The notes under the pieces were generated by a model. The model saw only the letters and a program-made list of their open reading frames with translations, searched no databases and had not been told where the DNA came from. Shown one piece after another: positions 32,021-42,749 of a stretch of 64,000 nt of DNA. The first letter of the stretch is position 1. The number at the start of each line of letters is the position of its first letter. Source of the stretch: Bacilli bacterium. Its GTDB lineage: Bacteria; Bacillota_I; Bacilli_A; RFN20; CAG-826. Made by a program: the position numbers and the translations under genes. The stretch lies in the NCBI GenBank assembly GCA_017651165.1, contig JAGCDH010000021.1, forward strand, positions 10,758-74,757. The letters run 5' to 3'.

Positions 32021-35000
32021 CTAGTGGAAACCACCACTATCGAGGGTTATACCAGAAGAGAAGGTTACGACTCCTCCAGAGTAAGAAGAAACAGTGCCTA
32101 ATTCGATTACTTCATAGTCATTACTAGCGTCAACTGTCCAGAATTTAAGAGTGGCATTAACAACGCTTGGTGCATCGGTAATGATGCCACCATCAAGTAA
32201 GTCTTGAACTGATGAAACATAGAAATAAATATCATCGATTTGGTTCTGTTGATCTTTATATCTCCAGCCAGATGAAGTGCCGGTACTACCAATGACATAA
32301 TTCGTGTAAGTATAGAACTTCACACTTTCATCTCCCAAAATGAAGTATTTGGTATTGTTTGGATTATACTCACTATTATTGAGATTGAATCCTGTTGGTA
32401 ATTGTAATTCAGTAAGAGAAGTACAATTGTTGAATATACCACTATTATATGAATTCCATGTACAAGTTCCATTAGTGAATCTCACCGCTCTTAGAGATGT
32501 ACAACTCGCAAAGCATTCAGCGCCTAAAGATATAGAACTAGATTGAATAATGATTATCTCAATACTAGAGCCTTTAAACGCAGACGCGCCCATAGAAGTG
32601 ATACCACTTGGAAGAGTAACTTTAGCTGTTGCGGTCAAAGTACCGGTATTTTGGAACGCAGAGTCACCAATTGATGTCAAAGCGGTAAATTTATCAATCT
32701 CAATATTATTGAGGGCTGTACAGCCAGAGAAAGTGCTATTACCAATCGTGGTAACACCGATTGAACTACCATCAACTGTCACATTCGCTAATCTATTGTC
32801 CCCAGAGAATGCGGATGTACCTAATTGTGATCCAGTCAAATTAGATGGCAAGGTCACACTAGTAAGGTAATTACATCCAGCAAAAGACGAAGAGCCTAAG
32901 TTACCGGATAAATTAGATGGAATAGTCAATGTTGTTAACGAATCACAATTATTGAAAGCACTACCACCAATTGATGTGTGTGAGCCATTAGCGGATGGCC
33001 AAGTGATGCTTGTCACACCAGTACTATTAAATGCACTGCTGCCAATTGATAAAGTTCCAGTCACGCCTGAGAAGTTTAAGGTAAACCCACTACTACAAGA
33101 TTGGAAAGCACTTGTGTTAATGGTGATACTTCCAGTCACACTACTGAATTGGATAGAAGTAAGGCTGGAGCAAGATTTAAATGCCTCAGAATTGATAGTG
33201 ATTGTTCCAGAAGTTGTACCAAATTTAAGTGTTGTTAAGCTTGTGCAACCTTCAAAAGCATTAGCGTTGATAGTCAAATTTGTGCTCACTTTAGTGAAGT
33301 CTGCCTCTTGTAGTCTTGTGCATTGGTTAAATGCAGAAGAACCAACGGTAAAGGCACTCACTTGTGGAGCGATGAATTTTACAATAGAAGAGTTTTTCAT
33401 GAATGATTCTTCACCAAGACCAGCATATTGAGAATTGGTTAAATCTAATGTGCCATCAACAGGTGAATCACCTACAACGTAATAATCTGTATTTGTTGAT
33501 TCATTGTTAGCAAAAACACCAGCAGGAATAGTGGCACCACTATCGATTGGAAGTTCAACATAACGTAGTTTTTCACAACCATTCATACCGTACTCAGGCA
33601 AATTCATAACGTTACCAGAAATCGTATCTAAATCACATGCTAAGCCTTCATATGTGTATGCGGCTTTGCCCAAATAAATGATGGAAGTTTTCATCGTTGA
33701 GTTATTAGATGATCTAATACCAACACCGGAAATAAGTGGCTGTGCAGGTGTTGCATTGCCATTCTTAGTCGGATTGCCACAAGTCAAGTTCAAAATCCAA
33801 TAGCCCATCTTGAACGCACCAAATAAATATGGATTGGCTTTATATAGACCATTAAATCTAATACCTTTAGCTTGGCCGTCTCTAGTAACTACTGTAGCGT
33901 CTAAATTATTAGCGGACGATTGTTTTGCGTCAGCGTTATCTCTATTTAAAACAAGAAGTAATCTATCCTTGTTATAAGTTAAATCATTGCTGTTTGTAGA
34001 ATACAAAGCACAGGTATATTTTGGAGTACCCGCAGTTGTTGAGGTATAAGTCGTTGTCTCATAATAATCTGAAGAATCAACTTCTTGGCCATTCTTCCAG
34101 AATGATATTCTTCTTAAATCGTTAGCAGCGGAGAATAATGATGTTGTCTTATAGATTGGATTACCAGGAGTTTCAGCATCATCAATCACGCCAGTTGGAT
34201 ATGTTGGATAAGTTTCATAGAAGCGACATTCATTTGGTATCTTTAATACATTTTTAACGCTGGAGAACAAGAAAGCGTGTTTACCAATATGTGTTAACGA
34301 GGACGGCATACCTTCGGTAGCAGAACCAGCACCCGTATATGAGGAAATGGTTGTCACGCCATAAGCGCGTGTAAAAGCATAATCACCAATTGATACGATA
34401 GTATTTGGAAGTTCAATTGCGCGTAAGTCATCAAAATTGCCAACAGTTTTATTTGGGCTTGTATCCTTGCCATCACAATAACATGCTGAGAAAGCAGAAT
34501 CGCCAATCTTATTAACTGTACATGTTCTATTTGTATCACCAATCTTAGCGGTCACTGTTTCTGGAACATGAGCAGTAATCTTTTGAGCGCTAAGCTTATC
34601 GTCATAAAGACTATACAAATAATTAGTCATTGTAGCGACATAATTAACGCCTACTTGACCACAGACAAATGAACAATAGTTGTTTTCGACATACTCTCTT
34701 GTGTTGCCACTACCAACTTCAACAGAAACATCGTCAGTACTATCTTCAGGAGTGTTTTTAATATCGATAGTCTCTTTATAGTGGACATTTTCGTAAACAG
34801 GCATTTCCTGATTAATGTCATATGTGCCAATTGATTTGTCGTTCGTATAGTCAGTTTTTATAACATTTGGAACGAAAGCATAACCCCAGTATTTTTGGTC
34901 GCCTGAACTATCAAAACGGCTTTCGTCACCGATGGTCTTCCATTGAGTGGCCAAAGTGTAATTAGCGTTTTGGAAAGATGCGACAGTACCACTATCACTA

Positions 35001-37255
35001 GATGTACCATTTGAGGTAATCCAAGCCCAATTGCCACCACTGGCGTCGGAAACCATGTTGTCACCTAACTCACCTGATAAATAAATTGCCCCTCTAGAAT
35101 TAGCATGGAAGCAGAATTTCTGGAACCTCAATTTCGTATTCTTATTTGGCAAAACTAATGTTTGCAAAAATGGTTCACCACGGAAATCATTTTCACCACG
35201 GCCAGAGTTTCCACCTATCGCTTCTTGAGCGTAGTTCTGCCCACTTTGCTGGGTATGAAATGTTATTTCATGGCCTTCTCTTTCTTCGAAAACAATTGTT
35301 TTCAAGGATTCGTTAAAGACGAACGTTTGAAGTGGAATAACTAAATTGGTTGTATCGCCTTCCGCTCCACCTTTAAAGATAACTTTCCCTAAAAGAGAGC
35401 AACCAGCAAAGGCGTGGGATGGTCTTTGATACTTCTCTGGCAAATAGCTTTCAAAGTCAAACGGGTGAACGGCTTTCGTTCTGTAAGTTTTTTTATCACT
35501 ACCAAGAATGGAAAAATATTTAAATGTTTTTGGGAAAATAATCGTCGATGCTGTATGGCTTTTCCAAGTGCTATTATTGGCAATCTGTCCACTACCACCT
35601 AGTCCAAGTCCATAGAAACAGTCGGTACCAATAGTTTCTAAAATAGAATCATCTTCATCATAGTCCCAAGTAAATTCATCTACGGACGGAAGCATTCTTT
35701 GCGAGAAAATGCCAAACGCTTCATCACCAACAGCACGGAGTTTGGCTGGTAAACGAAGTTTTTGAATATCGCTTTTTACAGTTTTCCCTCCGATGCCAGA
35801 GAAAGCACGGAATCCAATGAATTCGAGTTCTGTTAAACCAGATAAATCAATTCTCTTTTCGATGTTGGCTTCTTGTCCACTATCATATAATCCTTTATCA
35901 ATAACACACTTTGTGTTGTCATCAACAACCGCAAGATTCTTGTAACCATGTGCATCGTTATAATTAAACTGGCCATCACCTGGTTTTTGAACATGCGTGC
36001 CATCAGCGTTCCATATGTTAAACATATTATTTTCAATAGCCACCATTGTTTTTGGCAAATATAAACGCTTTAGAGCTTTTTTAACATCTTCAGTAAACGT
36101 TGTACGAGAAACACGAATAACTCTATTGTTAGCAGGAGATGGCATATGATCTGGAACGGAAATAAACCATCCTGTTGCTGCGGTTGGTGTTGGGCCGTTA
36201 TATTTAGTAATTGTTACATCGCCATTTGGATCGCATGTATAGTCCCAGTCTGCAGAAAAATAAGTGTCACCGGTTTCAATTCTAGCGGTGTATTTATTGG
36301 TAGATGGATTCCCTCTATCGTCATACCAACCCCAATTTGGGTGATTTGAAATCCATGTGTTAACAGTGGCGGTTTCCCCACAGAAGACAATATCCAAATT
36401 GTCTGGAGATGACAATGTACTGCAGTAATTAAAAGCATGTGGTTCAATACCAATAGAATCGGTAAATAACGTCTTAGAGATATAAACTTTTCTTAAAGCA
36501 GCACAGCCTTGGAATGCTCTTGCACGAATCTTTTTGATATTTTGGAAATAAATAGGAGAGTTCAAAGAATAGCAACCATTAAACGCTTCTTCGCAGATTT
36601 CTTGAATGCTAGAAGGAAGCGACAATGTCGTCATAGCGCTACATTTAAAGAAGCAATATGATGGGATTTTTGTTAATGCACTATATGTGATTTGCTGACT
36701 AGATTGACCACCACCAATAGGGTCGCCATTTTCATCACAATAACATTCAGTAGCGGAACCACTACTTTCTTGGTCACTATTAACAAAAGTCACAGTGGTT
36801 AAGCTCTTGCAGTGATAGAAGGCTGCATCACCAATCTCACTGACGGAATATGGAATGGTAATTGTGGTAATACCACTATATAAGAAAGCTTCGAAGTCAA
36901 TTGTATTAATCTTGTTTGTTAAACGTACAGTTTGCGCTGGATTGCAGTGGAAAGCATTATGCCAAATACCAGTGACATTTTTGCCATCGTATGTTTCAGG
37001 AATTTGAATGGCGGTACTATAAGTGGTTCTATTGGTTTCATTTAAACCGATAGCGAGTTCGTTATTGCCAATATCATAATAACTGAAGATACCATCATCT
37101 TCAACATATGAGCCAGTTAAAATGTAATGAGGTTCAATGGCAGGCGCTTTGCGTTGAGTGGATCCACAACCTGTAGCAGTAATAGCCAAAGCGAAAGTTA
37201 ACCCTGCAAACGAGAGGCCAAGTATTTTATGTTTTTTAACAAATGCTTTTTTCAT
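32021..37255 (-). CDS. Giant surface lipoprotein (1744 aa) with BspA-type leucine-rich repeats
   Basis: Signal peptide plus lipobox (LAITATG|C). It has dozens of approximately 23-aa repeats of the form I(P/G)xxAFxxCxxLTx(I/V), densest in the C-terminal third. No LPXTG motif. Confidence 0.75.
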   Translation of the reverse strand: MKKAFVKKHKILGLSFAGLTFALAITATGCGSTQRKAPAIEPHYILTGSYVEDDGIFSYYDIGNNELAIGLNETNRTTYSTAIQIPETYDGKNVTGIWHNAFHCNPAQTVRLTNKINTIDFEAFLYSGITTITIPYSVSEIGDAAFYHCKSLTTVTFVNSDQESSGSATECYCDENGDPIGGGQSSQQITYSALTKIPSYCFFKCSAMTTLSLPSSIQEICEEAFNGCYSLNSPIYFQNIKKIRARAFQGCAALRKVYISKTLFTDSIGIEPHAFNYCSTLSSPDNLDIVFCGETATVNTWISNHPNWGWYDDRGNPSTNKYTARIETGDTYFSADWDYTCDPNGDVTITKYNGPTPTAATGWFISVPDHMPSPANNRVIRVSRTTFTEDVKKALKRLYLPKTMVAIENNMFNIWNADGTHVQKPGDGQFNYNDAHGYKNLAVVDDNTKCVIDKGLYDSGQEANIEKRIDLSGLTELEFIGFRAFSGIGGKTVKSDIQKLRLPAKLRAVGDEAFGIFSQRMLPSVDEFTWDYDEDDSILETIGTDCFYGLGLGGSGQIANNSTWKSHTASTIIFPKTFKYFSILGSDKKTYRTKAVHPFDFESYLPEKYQRPSHAFAGCSLLGKVIFKGGAEGDTTNLVIPLQTFVFNESLKTIVFEEREGHEITFHTQQSGQNYAQEAIGGNSGRGENDFRGEPFLQTLVLPNKNTKLRFQKFCFHANSRGAIYLSGELGDNMVSDASGGNWAWITSNGTSSDSGTVASFQNANYTLATQWKTIGDESRFDSSGDQKYWGYAFVPNVIKTDYTNDKSIGTYDINQEMPVYENVHYKETIDIKNTPEDSTDDVSVEVGSGNTREYVENNYCSFVCGQVGVNYVATMTNYLYSLYDDKLSAQKITAHVPETVTAKIGDTNRTCTVNKIGDSAFSACYCDGKDTSPNKTVGNFDDLRAIELPNTIVSIGDYAFTRAYGVTTISSYTGAGSATEGMPSSLTHIGKHAFLFSSVKNVLKIPNECRFYETYPTYPTGVIDDAETPGNPIYKTTSLFSAANDLRRISFWKNGQEVDSSDYYETTTYTSTTAGTPKYTCALYSTNSNDLTYNKDRLLLVLNRDNADAKQSSANNLDATVVTRDGQAKGIRFNGLYKANPYLFGAFKMGYWILNLTCGNPTKNGNATPAQPLISGVGIRSSNNSTMKTSIIYLGKAAYTYEGLACDLDTISGNVMNLPEYGMNGCEKLRYVELPIDSGATIPAGVFANNESTNTDYYVVGDSPVDGTLDLTNSQYAGLGEESFMKNSSIVKFIAPQVSAFTVGSSAFNQCTRLQEADFTKVSTNLTINANAFEGCTSLTTLKFGTTSGTITINSEAFKSCSSLTSIQFSSVTGSITINTSAFQSCSSGFTLNFSGVTGTLSIGSSAFNSTGVTSITWPSANGSHTSIGGSAFNNCDSLTTLTIPSNLSGNLGSSSFAGCNYLTSVTLPSNLTGSQLGTSAFSGDNRLANVTVDGSSIGVTTIGNSTFSGCTALNNIEIDKFTALTSIGDSAFQNTGTLTATAKVTLPSGITSMGASAFKGSSIEIIIIQSSSISLGAECFASCTSLRAVRFTNGTCTWNSYNSGIFNNCTSLTELQLPTGFNLNNSEYNPNNTKYFILGDESVKFYTYTNYVIGSTGTSSGWRYKDQQNQIDDIYFYVSSVQDLLDGGIITDAPSVVNATLKFWTVDASNDYEVIELGTVSSYSGGVVTFSSGITLDSGGFH

Positions 37256-37328
37256 AATGTTTTAGCGATTCAATTACAATTGAACTTTCTCCTTTCTTTA
37301 AAATCGAATATATAAATGCCTTTTGTTT

Positions 37329-40300
37329 CTATTCAGGCGGATAAACAATTCTTGTAGCGGTAGAATCATCCTCATTAAAGAGCTTAACGGTTGTATTTGT
37401 TAAACCTGTCACTTGTTGGTGATTTTGAGCATAGTTAGATACAGCAACAAAGAGCATCGCTGATAATGTTGTAGTCTTAATCTTAAACTTGCCGTCTTCA
37501 TAAACGAATTCAATGTTAGAAACAGCAGCGTCAAATAAAGAACGTTCAGAAGTTAAGAACGAGACATATAATCTTTGGTTTTCGATATGTCCATCGTTAG
37601 CGTTATATGTCACGATTTCATCTAAAGATGTGATGTTGGTTGTAACCACACCATTTTCATAGGTAAATCTTGGAACCTTCACAAAGTCGACGTTTTCAAC
37701 GGTATCTTCACTAGCAAAGGTGTTTTCAGAGAATTCAATATTACCATCGGTTTGACCTTGAGCACAGAGATAGAAAATCTTAGCGGTACCTTCAGAACCT
37801 CCCACTCTATTTTCACCGGTTGCAGAACCGATACAATATTGTCCTGGATCTAATTTGAAAGTATGGGCAAATAGTCTAGTTTTACCACTGCTATAACCAA
37901 ATTCTGTGGTGTTATATAAACTTGGAATTGTGGCTTCAGTATTAGTGGTTGCTTCAGTAAATACGGTACCCGTGGAGTTATAAACACCAATTTTACCGAC
38001 ATCATGTTCATCTACTTTGTAGTCAAAATAGGCTAGATGGTCATCGGCTGGCATAAAGAATGCGTAGTCTGGATCATCATATGATAAGCCATTAAGATAT
38101 GGCGGGTTATTACCGACTGTCGTTCTTGTGACACCATCGATCTTATAAACACCTAAAGCAGCAGGTTTGGTAATATCAGTTAAGCCCGCAATAACGGTAA
38201 CGTTAGCGGTATTGGTCTTAATACTAAAGTTAACCATGTTAGCGGCAGGATAAGAGAATTCGGAATTGTTAACACAGTAAATCTTCTTACCTTCCAAAGA
38301 TAAGTCAGGTGTCGCAAAGCTAGCGGAGAAGGAACGTAGTTCTTGACCTAAGCTATTTCTAAGCATGATACCGCTTAATTTACTATCGGAAGAAGCAAGG
38401 ATTGGGTGTCCTTCTTTATCAACGAGTTTGTTTTCAAAGTGATGAGATAAGAAGGAACCACCAGGAGATGTCTTATCAACATCAGAGAAATAGAATCCTT
38501 TACCTGTACGATAAGAACCATCGACTTTGAAACGGAAAATGTAGTTTTGATGGGCGTCGCGTTGTTCAAAGCTCTTCGTGGAGATTTGATCATAATTTGG
38601 GAAGTGTAAGCCAGGGAAGAACTCTTCTGGGGTATCAGCTTTCATACCATCTCTGTACTTAGAGAATGGTAAAGAGGCCTTGTTGGCTTTGGTATATTCA
38701 CCAGTTGTGTAATAGATATAGTAAGAAGAATTAACGGAAGGATCTTCCGAACGAATGATAGAGTTTTCTAATTCGTTACCGACATCGCTATCCATACCTG
38801 AACCAGTTTGGTCAGTAGCCACTGTGAAAATACCTAAGTCTGAGTTAGTAATAACTTTCTGACGATTAAATGAAACGGTATTAGCGCTGTGAGTAACATA
38901 TGTTGAGTTATTAGATCTTAAGAATTCAGCATAGAGTTTTGAAGATGATGGAACGTAGGTCACACCACCAAGAGGATAATCTGAACTGCCATTAAATGAA
39001 GTTGGGGTAATGATATCGTTATAGACGGTTGTAAAGTCAAGAACACCGATATCTTTACCAACAGAAGTGCCAGCATCACTTTCTTCAGCGGCGAAATTGT
39101 GGACGGTACCACCAACTAAACCGATAAGACCATAGTTAGAACCATTAGCCATCTTGTTATATGAGGCATCACCATTATTCATATCGAAAGCGCCGTGATT
39201 AACATAACAATGGTTAACAGAACCATCGCAGTGGCCAATCAATAAACCGATATTGTTGTTGTGTTCTTCGCCTAAGTGCGCGTTCATAATGAGGTAATCT
39301 GTGGTACTTGAGTTCAATGAGAAGTTGAAATCAAGAGTGATGATAACCTTAGAGTGATCTAAGCCGTAATTATCGGTCATACTAGCGACGAGAGAAACAG
39401 ATGATGTCGCTGTTAATGGATAGGAAATGTTAATTAAATCGAGTTTTTCTTTTCTAAAGAACTTATAAACCGCTGGTAAATCAACTTTCACTTGACCATT
39501 ACCAATATCGGTTAAGAAGTCACCAGAAATGAGGAATTTATATCTATAAGCGGAGTTTGTGGTATTAAAGCCAATGATTGGAGAAGGATCTGTGATTTCT
39601 GGTTCGTCACTAACACCATCCCAAGCAAAAATATCACTAGCGTCAAAAGTACCCGCTTTAAATTTATCAGTATCAGCAAGAGTAAATGTGTCGTTATCTT
39701 CTTCAAATGAGTATGTGAGGTATGTATTAGCGGCAGCGGCACATGGAGTACCATATAAGCCAGAATAACCAGATGTATAGCCTCTCGCGTGAATGGTCAC
39801 GTTATCTAAGAATAATTCCTTAACAAGGGACCCGTGTGCGGTATAACCAAATAAACCAGCGTCTTCTGGGTCGGCATAAACGTTGAGGTTTTTGATTTCT
39901 AAACCTTGGCCGTCGAACACGCCGAAGAATGGCACCGCTTCAGTTCCAATCGCTGTAATTGGTTCGTAATTAAAGTTAGATTCATGCATATCAAGGAATG
40001 GCACTTTAGTGGATGAAGAGTCATCTAAATAGCATAGTTTTTCAAGAGGTCTAGCGGGATCTAATCCTAATAAACCTAATTGGAAATACTTCTTTTCGCC
40101 AAAGACACCTAAACCTTGTAAACGGGAAAGGTTATATAAGTGACGAGGTCTAGTAATGACATATGGGTCATTTTCTTCACCAGTACCACGTTCAAAGTAA
40201 GAACGAAGTGAAACTTCACCATAGGAACCATTACTCTCGGCTTCTTTAGTGAATAAAGACATGGTGAAAGGCACCATGAGACCAACAGAAGCCACTAAGA

Positions 40301-40355
40301 AAATAGCGGCATATAAATATAAGAATTTACGAGAGGCGAACTTTTTAACTTTCAT
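37329..40355 (-). CDS. 1008-aa secreted or membrane-anchored protein, probable parallel beta-helix adhesin-like
   Basis: N-terminal TM with FTMS|LFTKE (a possible SipW-type site). It then has GTGEENDPYVITRPRHLYNLS, which is typical of the start of beta-helix surface proteins. GGAGG lies within the end of the upstream gene. Confidence 0.5.
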   Translation of the reverse strand: MKVKKFASRKFLYLYAAIFLVASVGLMVPFTMSLFTKEAESNGSYGEVSLRSYFERGTGEENDPYVITRPRHLYNLSRLQGLGVFGEKKYFQLGLLGLDPARPLEKLCYLDDSSSTKVPFLDMHESNFNYEPITAIGTEAVPFFGVFDGQGLEIKNLNVYADPEDAGLFGYTAHGSLVKELFLDNVTIHARGYTSGYSGLYGTPCAAAANTYLTYSFEEDNDTFTLADTDKFKAGTFDASDIFAWDGVSDEPEITDPSPIIGFNTTNSAYRYKFLISGDFLTDIGNGQVKVDLPAVYKFFRKEKLDLINISYPLTATSSVSLVASMTDNYGLDHSKVIITLDFNFSLNSSTTDYLIMNAHLGEEHNNNIGLLIGHCDGSVNHCYVNHGAFDMNNGDASYNKMANGSNYGLIGLVGGTVHNFAAEESDAGTSVGKDIGVLDFTTVYNDIITPTSFNGSSDYPLGGVTYVPSSSKLYAEFLRSNNSTYVTHSANTVSFNRQKVITNSDLGIFTVATDQTGSGMDSDVGNELENSIIRSEDPSVNSSYYIYYTTGEYTKANKASLPFSKYRDGMKADTPEEFFPGLHFPNYDQISTKSFEQRDAHQNYIFRFKVDGSYRTGKGFYFSDVDKTSPGGSFLSHHFENKLVDKEGHPILASSDSKLSGIMLRNSLGQELRSFSASFATPDLSLEGKKIYCVNNSEFSYPAANMVNFSIKTNTANVTVIAGLTDITKPAALGVYKIDGVTRTTVGNNPPYLNGLSYDDPDYAFFMPADDHLAYFDYKVDEHDVGKIGVYNSTGTVFTEATTNTEATIPSLYNTTEFGYSSGKTRLFAHTFKLDPGQYCIGSATGENRVGGSEGTAKIFYLCAQGQTDGNIEFSENTFASEDTVENVDFVKVPRFTYENGVVTTNITSLDEIVTYNANDGHIENQRLYVSFLTSERSLFDAAVSNIEFVYEDGKFKIKTTTLSAMLFVAVSNYAQNHQQVTGLTNTTVKLFNEDDSTATRIVYPPE

Positions 40356-40360
40356 AATCC

Positions 40361-41884
40361 TTATTCGCCTCCTGAACTAGAACTTGAAGATGGACTCACT
40401 TCTGAATGTTGTGTGGCAGTGAAATAGAATCCAAAATCACGATCTAGATAATATGTCTTACCAAGACGATTTTCATTGGTGAAGAAACGCATATATTCAT
40501 AGTCATATTCGATACCGATATAACAGTGATAAACATTATTAGTTGCAGAAGCTGGAATTAAAGCAGTGTCTGCATTGGTCTTTGGATGTAAGACACATTC
40601 TTCGTTTGGAATGGCTTCATCAAATGATGTATCGTTTTTAAATTTCACATATTGATATTCACTACTCACTTGATAGTCAGTTTTCAAATTATGGATAGCG
40701 TTCCAAGCATCCGCAGCACTAGCATATGCATTAGCGTCTTTGGCAAAGACAAAATAGAACGCATAGAAGTCACTAGCCTTAAGTGGGTTTCTATGTGAAG
40801 CATCAACATAACCTTGATAGGTATAGCTATCTGTTGTGTTATATTTACCACTGAATCCATAAATGGATTGAGCGCTTTGAGCATCTCTCACCACTCTTAA
40901 ACCAGCATCAATTGGGTTTTTGTTTTGATAGGTAAGTTGGACATCAAGCACTACCATGGTCATTTGTTCTTGAATGGCGGTTGATAAATAAGAATCCATA
41001 GTTGGATATTGTTGTGTATCAACAGAACCACGATAGTCAATGGAGATCTTGGTTGGGTCAACTAAGTTAGTGCCAATGATAGCGTTATCATTACGACTTG
41101 CTAACTCGATATCTAAGTAATAATGGTCTTCATCATTAACGCTTTCAACACGGTAGATGAAATTATAAAGACCACTCTTAAGGCATTTGACTCTATTAGA
41201 ATCGACTAGGCTAAATCTTGAAACTTTGTTAGTTTCAGGAGTGATTGATGTATAAGTATAGTAATTGCAATTAGCACCATTAATTGTGTAAGCATCAAAT
41301 AAAACAAATTCCGCACCAGTGGAAACTAAAACATTTGAAACGACGATAGGATCATCACTAGTGAGGGCATCTCTTCTCGAGAAGCATGTCGCTGTTAAAG
41401 TGGACCATGGGTTATCACTAATACCGGTAAAAACACCATTGCCTAAAAGATAGTATTTGAAATCCTGTGATGTTTCATAATGGATCTTGGTTGGACCAAT
41501 ATTCGCATCACTTGGAGATGTGGCATAGGTAGAAGAGGAACCAAGGCTTAAAGCGATGGTCACTGTATCAGATAAATTACCAGTGACATCTGTTGTGGTG
41601 TCTTGGACGACATAGCTCTTAACCGCACCAACACCATCGTAATCGATGAACTCATTAGAGTTTCTATGGTATGGATAAACGTATTTATAAGCAGTGACTT
41701 TGTCAATGGAGATATCTAAGTCACCAGAGAATGTTTGAATTGTGGAAGCGGTTTGAGTTGATAAAGCAAACCAAGCGAAAGTCGCGGCGGATAAGGCGAA
41801 AAGATTACCAATAGTAAAGGCCACCATGGCAATCATGGTCTTTTTCTTAGTAAAGAATCTCTTTCTTGTTTTTGCCTCTTTCAT
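40361..41884 (-). CDS. 507-aa secreted TasA/SipW-signal-type protein
   Basis: N-terminus MKEAKTRKRFFTKKKTMIAMVAFTIGNLFALSAATFA|WFALS, with a Ser-rich C-terminus. Confidence 0.55.
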   Translation of the reverse strand: MKEAKTRKRFFTKKKTMIAMVAFTIGNLFALSAATFAWFALSTQTASTIQTFSGDLDISIDKVTAYKYVYPYHRNSNEFIDYDGVGAVKSYVVQDTTTDVTGNLSDTVTIALSLGSSSTYATSPSDANIGPTKIHYETSQDFKYYLLGNGVFTGISDNPWSTLTATCFSRRDALTSDDPIVVSNVLVSTGAEFVLFDAYTINGANCNYYTYTSITPETNKVSRFSLVDSNRVKCLKSGLYNFIYRVESVNDEDHYYLDIELASRNDNAIIGTNLVDPTKISIDYRGSVDTQQYPTMDSYLSTAIQEQMTMVVLDVQLTYQNKNPIDAGLRVVRDAQSAQSIYGFSGKYNTTDSYTYQGYVDASHRNPLKASDFYAFYFVFAKDANAYASAADAWNAIHNLKTDYQVSSEYQYVKFKNDTSFDEAIPNEECVLHPKTNADTALIPASATNNVYHCYIGIEYDYEYMRFFTNENRLGKTYYLDRDFGFYFTATQHSEVSPSSSSSSGGE

Positions 41885-41899
41885 GTTTGTTTACCAATA

Positions 41900-42748
41900 T
41901 TATTTTAGCGCAAAGTTAAGTCCATAAAGACTTAAACTTTCATAACAGTTACTATTGCCATTCACGCTGTCTTGGACATAATAATCTGTCGCGCTGTTGT
42001 AACGATAGAATGTAGAGCTGGCATTAGAGAACTCAATGGTGAAGAACACAACGATTCTATTACCAGCGGATACATTTGGAATGGAACTAACCACTTCAAG
42101 TTCAGGTTTATCAGAAGTTGGAGCTAAATTACTTTGTGAATAAGTGAAAACATCGTTTTTAGTAGCTCCAAAATAGGATGCTCTATAAGCAGTGGCAATA
42201 TCAGCGGCTTTATTATTGGTGGCGGTCACACTATAAGCGGCACCATAAATATCAATCGCCCAAGATAAACGGACATATTGTTCAGCGCTGATCTTTGGTG
42301 TGCCTTCAGTACCCGCTGTTTCTGTCCAATCCACTAAAGATAATTTGCTAGCCTCACCACTATCGACAGTGACGGCAAATGTTAACTTATGAGCAGGCCA
42401 TAAGTGACGAATATCTGTAGGATTTGGAGTTGGTAAGTTTTCCATATCAATTTCGGTGAATGTCGCATTCTCATAATCGACTTCGTAACCAGAATTGATG
42501 TTAGTTGTGGTGTTTAAATTGCCATCTTGTGTATCACTATTACCATCAGTGAATGATGAGAGATAGAAAAGTTCAAAATTGACATCTGGTGGAGTAGCAA
42601 CACTGATTTGCATACCAGTCGCTGTTGCAGTGGAATTAGAAGCAAACCAAGCATATGTCGCTGTGAAAGCGGAGAACAAAGTGAAAACTGCGGTACCAGT
42701 CGCACCGATGATTTTGAGTCTAGTTCTAAGTTTTCTGTTCGCTTTCAT
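41900..42748 (-). CDS. 282-aa secreted TasA/SipW-signal-type protein, first gene of operon A
   Basis: N-terminus MKANRKLRTRLKIIGATGTAVFTLFSAFTATYA|WFASNSTATATGMQISV. No SD; the ATG follows the leader U-tract by 2 nt. Confidence 0.55.
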   Translation of the reverse strand: MKANRKLRTRLKIIGATGTAVFTLFSAFTATYAWFASNSTATATGMQISVATPPDVNFELFYLSSFTDGNSDTQDGNLNTTTNINSGYEVDYENATFTEIDMENLPTPNPTDIRHLWPAHKLTFAVTVDSGEASKLSLVDWTETAGTEGTPKISAEQYVRLSWAIDIYGAAYSVTATNNKAADIATAYRASYFGATKNDVFTYSQSNLAPTSDKPELEVVSSIPNVSAGNRIVVFFTIEFSNASSTFYRYNSATDYYVQDSVNGNSNCYESLSLYGLNFALK

Positions 42749-42749
42749 T

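Noticed and set aside
32107-36453. Multiple 60-160-aa ORFs on both strands inside the 1744-aa LRR gene (for example 32550-32870 + and 32952-33431 +).
   Set aside because: They are shadow ORFs generated by the repetitive, stop-poor LRR coding sequence. They have no starts with an SD, no independent motifs, and are fully nested in a convincing long CDS.
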